Shown: positions 24,599 through 35,578 of the stretch, one piece after another
Layout: every line of letters begins with the position of its first letter
How positions within the stretch are numbered: position 1 is the first letter of the stretch
Assembly (NCBI GenBank): GCA_030704615.1
Contig: CM060734.1
Location: 49,476,001 to 49,540,000 of the forward strand
Origin: Takakia lepidozioides
Lineage: Eukaryota > Plantae > Bryophyta
Direction of reading: 5' to 3'
DNA: 64,000 nucleotides
Made by a program: the position numbers and the translations under genes
The notes under the pieces: model-generated
Told to the model about the DNA's origin: nothing
Database searches by the model: none
What the model saw: the letters and a program-made list of their open reading frames with translations, nothing else

Positions 24599-26431
24599 TC
24601 AATGCAGCTGTGTTCTGTCACCTCTGTCTTCCATCATTTTTCTCACCTTTGATGCATCATTCCACCTGCCAGCAGCAGCATAGATCTTTGATAGCAGCAC
24701 ATAAGTTCCAGTATCCTGTGGATTCCACTTGAGAAGGTCTTTTGCCACACGTTCTGCTATCTCCACATTCCCATGAACTCTGCACGCACCAAGCAAGGTC
24801 CTCCACAGCACAGCACCTGGTCTGATTGGAATTTTCTTAATAAAGTTTTCTGCCTCATTCAATTGGCCAGCACGCCCAAGAAGATCCACCATGCAGCCAA
24901 AATGCTCCACCGTCGGAGTAAGGCTGTAATCCTGACTCATGGAATGAAAGTAGTGGCAGCCTTCATCAACCAGGCCAACGTGGCTACATGCTGAGAGAAG
25001 AGATATATAGGTAATACCGTCTGGCTTCAAGCCTTCCTGTTGCATTTGTTCAAACAGTCTAAAGGCTTCCCTACCCAGCCCGTGCTGAGCATATCCTGCA
25101 ATTATCACATTCCATGAGACCACATTTTGTTGAGCCATATTCTTGAACACTTGATGTGCAACATTCATATTCCCTCCTTTGGCATACATATCCACAAGGG
25201 CAGTCTCCAGAACAATATCTGCTGCAATTCCAGATTTGACGATCTCAGCATGGATCTCCTTGCCCTTTTCCTCAGCTGCCAGGCTTGCACACGCATTCAG
25301 AATGCAAGTGAATGTGACTTTGTTGGGCACCACCCCTTCCTGTATCATTTGCTCATAGGTCTCCAAAGCCTCCCTACCATACCCATGTTGAGCATATCCT
25401 GCTATCATTGCACTCCATGTGACCACATTTCGTTCAGCCATATTGGCAAAGACTTGGCGTGCATCCTCCATGCTTCTGCATTTGGCGTACATGTCGACAA
25501 GGGCAGTCTCGACAATGACATCTTCTACTCCAGTTTTCTCGATGTCAGAATGGACCCGTTTGCCCTTCTCCAGTGCTTCAAGGCAGGCACACTCATTGAG
25601 AACACAAATGAATGTGACCTTGTCGGGTGTCACCCCTTCCCATATCATTTGCTCATACATCTCAAAAGCCTCCCCACAGCCAAGTTGAGCATACGCTGTG
25701 ATCATCACATTCCATGAAACCACTGTTCGTTGAGCCATATTGTCAAACACTGTCCGTGCCTCCCTTATGCTGCCGCATTTGGCATACATGTCAGCAAGGG
25801 CAGTCTCCAGAACGATATCTGGCGCAATTTCAGCTTTAATGATGTCAGCATGAACGCCTTTGCCCTTTTCCAGAGCTCCAAGGCTGGCGCATGCCTTGAG
25901 AATGCAAATGAACGTGACGCAGTTGGGTTTCACCCCTTCTCGAATCATCTGCTGATAGATCTCGAAAGCCTCCTTGCTACACCCATGCTTTGCATATCCT
26001 GCCACCATGGTAGTCCAGGTATACACATCCCGTTCAGGCAGTTTGTCAAACAGTAAACGTGCATACGCCACACTACGGCACTTGGCATACATATTGACAA
26101 GAGTATTGAATAGAACAATGTTTGGCTTGAAACCACTTTGAACAATGTGGCCATGCACCTGTTTCCCCATTTCGAGGTCTTTTGTTCTGATGCACTCCCG
26201 CAATAAAGAGACATAAGTAATGCAGTCTGCTGAAATGCCTCGTTTGCTTAAAATGTGCAGCGCCTTCTTCTCATATTCTGCCTTAGGGAGTGTCCTCACC
26301 CCATCAGAAGAGTTCCTGTTGACTCCCTCTCTTGTTCGCTTTATAAGAGTGGTCATGGTTGAGGTGCCTGATGCAAAACATTGAGCCTGATTCAACACCT
26401 CCATCCTGTATGTCGCACATATCTTAGTCAA
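24599..26431 (-). CDS. PLS-class pentatricopeptide repeat protein with E domain (organellar RNA-editing factor type), intronless; start codon uncertain
   Basis: 610-aa ORF with P-L-S triplets (LVDMYAKC, NVVSWN), S2/E motifs HFGCMVDLLGRAG, WRTLLGACRVHG and YVLLSKIYAAAGRW. Confidence 0.9.
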   Translation of the reverse strand: MTKICATYRMEVLNQAQCFASGTSTMTTLIKRTREGVNRNSSDGVRTLPKAEYEKKALHILSKRGISADCITYVSLLRECIRTKDLEMGKQVHGHIVQSGFKPNIVLFNTLVNMYAKCRSVAYARLLFDKLPERDVYTWTTMVAGYAKHGCSKEAFEIYQQMIREGVKPNCVTFICILKACASLGALEKGKGVHADIIKAEIAPDIVLETALADMYAKCGSIREARTVFDNMAQRTVVSWNVMITAYAQLGCGEAFEMYEQMIWEGVTPDKVTFICVLNECACLEALEKGKRVHSDIEKTGVEDVIVETALVDMYAKCRSMEDARQVFANMAERNVVTWSAMIAGYAQHGYGREALETYEQMIQEGVVPNKVTFTCILNACASLAAEEKGKEIHAEIVKSGIAADIVLETALVDMYAKGGNMNVAHQVFKNMAQQNVVSWNVIIAGYAQHGLGREAFRLFEQMQQEGLKPDGITYISLLSACSHVGLVDEGCHYFHSMSQDYSLTPTVEHFGCMVDLLGRAGQLNEAENFIKKIPIRPGAVLWRTLLGACRVHGNVEIAERVAKDLLKWNPQDTGTYVLLSKIYAAAGRWNDASKVRKMMEDRGDRTQLH

Positions 26432-26494
26432 AATCGAAACTCACACTGCATGTCTCAATGCTTCAAGGGAAAATCTGTCAAATCAAGGCAGGTT

Positions 26495-27395
26495 TGGGCT
26501 GACATAACGGCAGCAAGGATGGCGTCGCTGCGGGTGGTGAAAGGGCGAGCATTGCCTATGCAAAACTTGATGTTTGATCCTCGTGTTGCAGCTTGGGTCC
26601 CCTGCCCACAACAAGATCAAGGTGATTCTCCCCGACAAGTAGATGAACTATCCAATTCAGTTCAAACTGTGCAATCTCCACTGGCTGACACTGACCTAAA
26701 ACAGAAGATGCGATAAGTAGAGAAGATGCAATAGAGTGGACGGGAAGCTCGGTTCAGTTTAGGGTTCCAGTATCCCAAGGTTAACAGTCCAGTGAGATAG
26801 ACTTTTCTGGAGAAGGCCAAGCTTGCAGTAATGTGAGTGTGGCCTGACTGTAATCACAAAGTGATTGTTTTCAGCCCCAATTTGATCCGGAGCTCCCCCG
26901 CACCCCAAACCTGCTGCTAACAACTGCCGAAGTGGTTAGAGTCGTCAAGATTTCTGAGCTGGAGCCCTTCGATGTCGATGTTAGCAGTGACTGAGGATGA
27001 ACTGTTCTTGTGACTTCCAGATCCTTCAACATGAACAAAACTGCTTGCTTGACAAAGATGAATCCTGTCCAGAATCTCACACAGTGTTTTTACCCACCTT
27101 CGGTGTACACCGGTACCATTTATTTTTTAAGCTTTGGGTGCGACCTGTTGTACTTCTTACGCTGCTGTCTGTTCTATGAAGTCACAGTCCCCAGTCATGT
27201 CTGCTTCCTCTCCCTCGCCTTCCATTTTCTGACCTATGGCCCTATCTCTCTAACTATGGGGTTGATATAGTCATCTAACTAGAAATTGCCGAACTTTAAT
27301 GGTAACGAGCAGTGCAGTCTACTTACAGTTTGTGGTGGAGGAGCAAAAGTTGTGGGTTTATTTTGGTCTTGGTTGTGGGTTTTTGGACCCTGCTC
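26495..27395 (+). pseudogene. inverted, degenerate duplicate of the RSP3 5' region (first exons and introns)
   Basis: Matches the reverse complement of ~33480-34510, e.g. GCAAGGATGGCG, PMQNLMFD.RV, CTGAGCTGGAGCCCTTCGATGTCGATGTTAG and ATGGTAAC.AGCAGTGCAGTC. Confidence 0.85.
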
Positions 27396-27715
27396 ACCAT
27401 CTAGCTAGTGCCTCGTTCAATCTAGCCTTTCCGCTCTCTGATTTCACTCTCTTAAGCTTTTGAAGGCACTTTCCATGATTGTGGTGCTCCTTTCTGTCTT
27501 CTCCCTTCCTTGAAAGTACCAGTTCTTTTCTCTCTGTTCTCACCTTTTCAGATATGTAATATATAGTCAATAGTGCCAGATGCAGGTGCCCATCTGAAAA
27601 TCACTCTTCAATCAATCAATCTATGAATCAAGTAATTTCCTCTCTTTCTCATTTTTTTCTGCTTAGGATATATATGAAGCCATGATGGCTAGTCTATCTG
27701 CATGAAAGGAGAAGA

Positions 27716-28972
27716 ATGGCATGTGGATGGAGCATGCATAGGGGCTCTGATGTCTCCGCAGCGTACAGGAAGCTAATGAGGGAGGAGACACCAGGGGAGG
27801 AACTAAGTAGGGCTTGGATATGGGAATATGTGCTTAAGTTCACCACGGATGCAAGCTTGATAAAAGAGTTGATGGGTTCCCTGCCTTTTCCTGACAACGT
27901 CCCCTTGCTGAAGCAAATGGTGGTTCTGAAGGAGCTATCCAGCCAAGTCTCCAAGGGTTTGGACATGGAGAAAACCATCCACTCTCTTGAGGGCTTTTCG
28001 GAGCTTCTGGAGCAGGCTTCGAGGGAAGACAGAAAAGATGTCACTCTATCAGAGCATGGGGAGGGAATAAGAGAATGGATGAAGTCCTCTAGACAACTGG
28101 CTGCGCATCACAGTCTGGCCAGGAAAATAGGGCGTGTGAGAAGCAAGGATGTTGGCAAAGGGGAACCTGATGTAGAAATTGAGCAGAATAGGCTTATGCA
28201 ATCAACGGAGGAGGTGATATACGAGCTCCGGCAGATATTAGGTGACACAGGGGCACATCAGGATGTGGGTGGTAATAGCAAACACGGCGAATTCAGATGT
28301 AAAGTGAAAGATTTTATAGAGAGAGCATGGAAAGAGATTGGAACCATATACCTTGAGAAGATTGAAGTGGATGTTGCGAAAGGAGTTGATAAGGCCGATG
28401 TGGCCATAGTGTGGCACTCTGAGGTTGATACTTTGAACCCCAATGCAGCTGAGAAAGTAGTTCAAAACTTGGAGCAAGGGAGAAAGGGATTGCTAGAAAG
28501 CAGTGCCCAGCTGTTGGCTGTGAAGGATCCACTTCCTGCTACTCAAATTAGAGGTGGTCAAACCATTCAACCCAGTGGTAAACGGAGCCTTCTGGATCCT
28601 CACCCATCTGCAGAAGCTTATCACTGGGATGAGGATGAAATATCTGAGAGCCCAGATGACAACTCCCCATCTGCCTCAAGACGGGTAAGCTTGCCTGTCA
28701 TCAATATCCCTTACCGAATGTCATCAATTGTGGGGATCCAACCAGGAAAGTCACCTTCAAGGGGCCAACAAAAGCGACGGAAACAGCATAGGTGGTCAAA
28801 TGATGAAGTGGCCATTCTGAAGAGAGAAGTCCAAAAGTATGGCAAGGGTCGCTGGAAGATGATTCTTCAAAGTAATCAAGCTGTATTTCAGGAACGTACT
28901 GAGGTAGATCTGAAGGACAAGTGGCGGAACTTGGAGAAGTATGAAGGTATGCTGAGAGATGACTGGGGGTAG
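27716..28972 (+). CDS. TRF-like (TRFL) telobox MYB protein, single exon
   Basis: 418 aa, with N-terminal WIWEYVL..DASLIKEL and a C-terminal MYB WSNDEVAILKREVQKYGKGRWKMIL..RTEVDLKDKWRNL. Confidence 0.85.
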   Translation: MACGWSMHRGSDVSAAYRKLMREETPGEELSRAWIWEYVLKFTTDASLIKELMGSLPFPDNVPLLKQMVVLKELSSQVSKGLDMEKTIHSLEGFSELLEQASREDRKDVTLSEHGEGIREWMKSSRQLAAHHSLARKIGRVRSKDVGKGEPDVEIEQNRLMQSTEEVIYELRQILGDTGAHQDVGGNSKHGEFRCKVKDFIERAWKEIGTIYLEKIEVDVAKGVDKADVAIVWHSEVDTLNPNAAEKVVQNLEQGRKGLLESSAQLLAVKDPLPATQIRGGQTIQPSGKRSLLDPHPSAEAYHWDEDEISESPDDNSPSASRRVSLPVINIPYRMSSIVGIQPGKSPSRGQQKRRKQHRWSNDEVAILKREVQKYGKGRWKMILQSNQAVFQERTEVDLKDKWRNLEKYEGMLRDDWG

Positions 28973-29601
28973 ATGGGCTTTCAGCTAACAGTACTACCCA
29001 CCCTTTCCCATTGCAGGTTGGAGGGGGTCAGAGAACCTATACCATTTGCTGATAGATAAATGAAATGTGCTTCATAACGTCCGCAGAAAGCTCATAGAGC
29101 TTATGGGACAAAATGGAAAGAAAACCTGAGAGAGGAAACAGAAAACCAGAGCCAGAAAGAAAGACAGGGAGAGAGACACATGTCATTTCATTTTACAGAC
29201 CCTTTTTCCTTGTTGAATTCCTTGCGATGATGGAATTTTGTGTCTGCAGTTGCCCAAAAAACCTACATGGACTGGGGGGTTAGTTCAGACTTCCTGATTC
29301 CAAGGTGAAGGGAAGATTGAATGTCATGACGATGGGAGATGTAGCAATCAATTCGTAACCCGTTATGTGTGTCAATCTGTGTTGAGGTATCTTCAATGCT
29401 GCATTTCAAGTGGAGGTTTCTAACAAAGTTAGGATCTTGGAGATGACTCCCCCAGTGGATCGATAATTAAGAACTTTAACAGTTTTCATGAGTTAAGTTA
29501 TTGAAAGAGGTAGTCAGGTTGGATGCTTTACAATCATTTCCGTTTTCACCTGCAGAAATCTTCATCAACAGGTCCATCATTGCTAACGACCGTTTTGAGG
29601 G

Positions 29602-32600
29602 CTATGAAAGCACATTCCACATCCTCTGGTATTCTTGTACAGAAATCCTGCTAATGCTAGCATACACCTGATGCAGCCAAAAATTTCAATCCTAACTGGA
29701 ATCTAGTGAGAGCTGTGGCACCCATCCAACTTCAGAATCACGTGCCATGAGTTGCTGAGCACCTCAATCAGTGCCCACCCTCCAGTTGTGCGAGTATGCG
29801 ATCCATTACTTGGCGTGTTGCAGATCCAGTCTCATGCAAACCCACCTCTGCCTGCCCAAGCAACTGATTCACAGCTCCGCGTGCAGCAGTTCCGGTGACG
29901 AGCAGGCCATCCTCAGTCTGCCCCACAGTAGCAAGGTACCAGCAATGGATCAGTGCAACTGATGGACTCAAAGATCTACCGAAAGAAAGAAGAAGAAATT
30001 CCCACCAACACTAACCAGGGGAAAGCTGTGACGATATGAATGTCCTTATGGCCACAATTTTCAGATGGTACTCTGAGCTGGCTAAAACAGAAAGGAACAT
30101 GATCTGGGAATCTCTGTATCTTGAGGCATTGCAGTGCTGTAGTGTCTGCACGTATTATGGCTGTTGACAGTGAAGTGAAACCAGGGTTTTTGGTAATCTA
30201 ATTCTTTCCGAGTTAGAAACTGGGAAGCCTTTAGGTACCTACTTTGGCAAATTGCAATGCAGCAAAATTGAAAGGAGGCTGAGAGATTTCATTGATAAAT
30301 GTTGGTGTGAGGTGCAACCATACACTTTCAAGAACTGAGCCCATGAGCTCGCTGGAGGTTTGTTCCACTAGCTCTAACTCTCCCACCACGCCCCGCATGA
30401 CCCGCTGAGAAGCTGACTCTGCCGCATCGAACTCTACTATAACATCGTCCTCAAAAGTTATCCAAGCATCCAAGATATTCAGCAGCCTTGCCATGATCAT
30501 ATTCATTCCATCTTCTGCCCTTTCTTGGTAATCTGGAGGTGGCACTGTCTCATCCACCTGCAACATTCAACCCATAGTGACGTTGCTTAGATCATAACTA
30601 GCTTAATCACAGAACCCAGTCGAACCAGCTTGCCCTCCTATGACATTTTGCAACACACCGTAGTTGCCACAATTAGTCTTCGCGACATTGACAAAATGTT
30701 TGATTGTTTTAAGATCTAGTAGTAATGTTTACAGCTCCTGCACGAATTAGAAGTTGGGTCACAGATTAAGTGGCTAGTTGGTGGACCCAGATAAAATTTG
30801 TTTGTGCCATGTTGAGATTTGGAAACAGAACTATCAGCCCAGATTGTAGAGAGAGTACACTGGAGAACCAAATTCTTCTTTATGGTGAGTAGTGTAAAGA
30901 AACAACCAAACCAACAACTGGGGTTAGGTTCCATCATCTGTCAGCTACTGATGATGAAGAAAGCAATTGATAATCCGTATGAATCTTTGCAACGTACCAC
31001 GAGACAGAATACTTTGCGAGCTCGGATAATGTCTTCGTACTCCACTAACATATCCTTTGCCAATGTGGGCCCAATCACTCTTTCGATCTGCTCATGCATG
31101 GGAGGGACAAAACTTTGTGAGCAAGAGAGAATTAAACACTGCTTGTGGCCATCCACAACTGGCAGGGGAAGAGGAGTATCTTTAAATACTAACTTAGCAG
31201 AACTCCAGAAACAATCAAACAACCCTTATGACATTCACATGGGCTTGAGGGCAAAGTTGAAATGGACCAACAGACCAAAAACCCCACGAGAGAGAATAAG
31301 GGGAGAAAAAGAAATTCCACAGTTCTCGGACATAACTAAAGAGACCTGTAGCGAGATACATGTAATCTCAATGTATTACCATGGAGATGCTCTTGCACCC
31401 GAGCGAGAGAGAAGAAAGAAACAAGAAACGAAAGAACGTCATAATCTCCACTCGAACCAAGGGACAAGTGTGTCCATGACAAACAAGTACTGCAATCGTA
31501 CAGCTCGGCGGCTGTAAAGAAAAACGGGCCTGGTTCTTCATGAGGCAAAGAGGTGGTTCTCCTACAAGTAAAGGGGTGCCCAAAAGAGGGAGAACTCCGG
31601 CCAAAGCACAAGCCCCGAAGTACAGTGCCAGGACTTCCTGAAAAGGGAGAGCAATGTCTAGGCTGCAGCACCTAACAGAATCCTCTGGAAAATATAACTT
31701 CCACCACTTGACAAAATCCTTTGGACGACAACTATACCATTACGTGGCCCGTTCAAGTAAGTTTGCAAACCTCTCTCTCCACAGGATCGAAGAACAAGCC
31801 CCTCAACAAGCACAGCTCGATGACTTCATCCTTTAGATTTCTAAGGTAGAGCCTTGCTACATTCTGGGCCTCCACCTGCATATGTCCACCCAGTATCCGC
31901 ATGTTGGATTTATCACTTCAAGTGTGAATAATCTCATCAGACTGCAAAAGTGCCACACGAGAGGTAATTAAACCTGCATCGGTCTTTGTGTGGCTTGAAT
32001 CTAGGTAGACCTGTTTGTCCTGGTTCAGGGAGTGAGACCAGCGCCAGTGAGGTCAGATCGACGAGTATACATCTAGTCGGTTGTACCTTGGAAGCCACAA
32101 GCTTGTCAAACAGTGTTCCAGATGATTTAGCAGAGAGATTGATTCAGAACAGAAACTGCAAGCTGTGCTATTGAGAGATGTTATATACACTGATGTGTCC
32201 ATGTTCAAGTTAGTAACCACAACAGAGAAGACGTCTTGTTACAGACCTTCAGACGCAGAATCTCCTCTTCACGGGCACGCTTCTCCTCTTGCACCAAGCG
32301 TCGGTCCCTTTCCTCGTCACAACGTACTTCACTAAGATACATACGTTGCACGCAATCCAGCTCCGCAATTTTCACGTAATCAAATGATTCCTGCCGCGAG
32401 TCACACGAATCCCATCCTTAGCTTTCTTCTAGCGACAAACCTTATTAATCTCTGTCCTTTCTATAGTTTCTGAGATCTCAGATCATCGGAGAATTCTGGG
32501 TTCAGTTTTCCAATTCGTCATTAATGCTTTCAGCCTAACAAAAACAGGAGTCCGACTGAATAGCTAGAGGGCTTCATGGAGGGAAGCTGCTGAGAGAAGA

Positions 32601-34494
32601 GGAAAACTTTGATTCAAACCGGAAAGCTGGAGGGAAGAGGAAGAACTATTTTGTGCAGCTTGCCGAGTTAGTAGAGTTTATTGCTCGCAAAGGGAATACT
32701 AGAACTTCAGTTAATGGTACTTTTATCATTCGGGATCTCAGGAATCTATGCAAAGACAATTCAAGAAACTGTCTAAAAACCTGGTGATTACGCATGTAGT
32801 CCAGCTGCAATCCTTCTTGAACCTCCATATACCCTTGCTCTAGGCATCGACCCACCAGAACCTCCAGCATTGGTTCCACGTCTGAGTCAAAATGAAACAG
32901 ATCACCTGGCCATATCTGCCGTGGCCGAAGCACGTTAATGTGAATTGAGAAGCGTACCAGGAACTTTCTTGTTTCATGCTTTCTCTTGTCCCATAAGCTC
33001 TTTCAGCTTTCTGCGGACGTTAGTTCAACTTTTCATTTCATTTCATTCATTCTCTTAGTGCTCTACCACAGATAGTGTTTTCCAGGGTAGCTCAGCGCTT
33101 TTACTGATATCAGGGGTTATGACGATTGCAGTCGTCATAAGAATGTGGTCTCCAAAATCCCGCTTAAACCGAGTCTTTAGACTATGTGATCGGAGTTGGT
33201 ACGAGCTGAATAGTTTCAGCATTTATCCTTTAGGTGATACCTGTGCAAGCGGCAAACTTTGCAAGAGCATCATGTTTGTGGGCTGGAATGATAAACATAC
33301 CTGGGTGAACGCTACAGGGCCAGTGTCCCAGGCAATGAAGAGAGGTGTGGGAGGGCGTTCAAAGTATGGGTCAGGGTCTGGCTGTTCACGGCCTGGTGGC
33401 AATGCTTCCAGGTAGCAGTCTAACTGCCACAAAGCGACACACCCTCAGAGATTGCTCTTGAGTCAGTAGCAGGGTCCAAAAGCCCCAACCGAGACCAAAA
33501 AAACTCATGTCCAACTTTTCCTCCAGACCTGTGTCACTAGTGTAAAAGTCGACTGCACTGCTAGTTACCATTACAGCTCGGCAATGTCTAGTTTCTAGAA
33601 CCTTTAGTCAGAGAGATTGGGGCATGATGGGTCAGTAAATGGAAGTCGAGGAAGAGGTGACCCCAGGAGTGGGCACCTGTAGTAACTTTGTAATGCAGAC
33701 AGAAGCGTGAGAGAGGAGGCCCCAATGCTTACATGAATGCTAGTACCGCTGTACACCGAAGATGGGGAAATAGACTTCTGCGCGATATTCTGAAAAGGGA
33801 TTAAGCTAAGTTATCAAGCAAGCAGGTTTATTTATGTTGAAGGATCTGGGTCAAGTCACAAGAAAGCTTTATCCTCAATCGCTGGTAAGAGGTACTAACA
33901 TCGACATCGAAGGGCTCCAGCTCAGGAGTCTTGACGAGTCTGACCACTTTCGCAGTTGTTCGTGACAGCTTTGTGGGGGGCTCCGGATCAAACGGGGGCT
34001 GAAAACAATCAATTTGTGATTACAGTCAGGCCATCATTACATGAAACTGCAAGCTTAGTCTTTCTCTACCTCACTGTCTCTCAACTTTGCCACTGATTCA
34101 GATTTTGATGGAACCCTAAACTGAACCGGGCTTCCGTTCCACTCTGCTGCACATCTGCACATCTTCTCTACTTATTGCAAATTCTGTTTAGGTGAGTGTC
34201 AGCCATTGGAGATCAATTGCACGGTTTTATCTGAAATGGATACTTATCGGGAAGAATCACCTTGATCTTGTCGTGGGCAGTGGACCCACGTACAACACGA
34301 GAATCAAACATCAAGTTCTGCATTGGCGGTCGTAACACCGTAGACTTGGGAGCGTGACGGATATGGGCGTTCAGTCTATTCTCTTGCTGCTCGGCCACAG
34401 TTTCATATTTCGGTCTGAGCTTATTGCCCATATTGGTTTTGTGCTCCGTAGGGGCCATCGATGCTCGCCCCTTCAGCACCTTTGGCGGCGCCAT
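29602..34494 (-). CDS. RSP3: radial spoke protein 3-like, multi-exon; clear exons 34494-~34261, 33998-33900, 33423-33301, 32915-32781, ~32390-32247; 3' exons tentative
   Basis: NLMFDSRVVRGST, YFERPPTPLFI..TG..AFTQ|IWPGDLFHFDSDVEPMLEVLVGRCLEQGYMEV match RSP3 hallmarks. Further exon-like blocks lie at ~31010-31115, 30240-30560, 29780-29958 and 29602-29667. Confidence 0.8.
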
Positions 34495-35578
34495 CCTTGC
34501 TTTTGTTATGTCCTGGTGGGGTGTCACTGCCCTCTCAAGACCTGTAAGTTGAGGGTTTCATGTTTTTCAGAACATTTGACGGTAAATGTGGTTAGGCAAT
34601 GTTCGGGATTGATTTGAAGACCAAAGCAACTGGTACCGCTATTAATAAATTCGGAGACATTCTATCACTTGAGAACGTGGAGGTCGCGAGAATGAAGGAG
34701 TAGATGTTTGCAGGGGCAGAGACCAGAATTGATGTCTGGGATCACATTATAACGAGGACCCGAGATGTTGACCCATGAAACAGAAATCCCAAAGCCGGAC
34801 GCACAAGCTCGTATTGCTCAACTAAAAGAGGTGGAGATCAGAGCTCAACACAAAAGAAAGAAACAAGAAAAAAAATGGATTTCCATCAGTACTTCAAAGT
34901 AAACTTCCTGAGAGACGCAATGTATTCAGCAGGGAAGAAATCGCTGAGGCCGCCCGAGTCAGCGAAGCGTGATTTCCTTCCTGGAGACAAAGCTGTAAAG
35001 ATCTAGAAGGAGGTGGTGGAGAGCTGTTTCATTAGCGGGAATGCAGACGGTTATAGTTAGCATCCCCTTCTTTGCAGTCTTGGGCTCATGAATGCGGCTA
35101 GGCCGGCCAGTTCAATAGACATTGGACCGACGCGGACGATTCAAAGCCCGTAGATGGGCTGGGAACATCCAGCTACGGTGACAGCCTTGACGCAGAATCT
35201 TTGTCTCAACAGATGGAAATTTCTCCACCTTGTCAGTTAGCAAAATGTTAAAAGGCCACATGTGGGTCACTGCCCTCGCGGATGGAAACCGTCCTGCCAC
35301 ACCAAAGAAAAAGTCGGATGTTTTCGGTGGTCGCAGTCCCTGACGGATACCTACTCATCTTGTGGACGCAGCGAGATGGAAACACAGAAGGCGAATCTAC
35401 AATCGTGACCAGTCCTCACAGTGCTGAGTGCTTGAAAGTGATCAATGTGAACAAATGAATTTTTACGTATTCAATGCTGGAATGCAGTTTTCATAGTCAG
35501 TTCACTTAAGCCTTTATAACAGAGAAATTAATTCAGCCTCTACAAAGGAATAGTGAGAATCCTAAAAACGGGTAGAAG

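Noticed and set aside
30819-31517. 232-aa plus-strand ORF
   Set aside because: No motif; antisense to the RSP3 exon/intron region.
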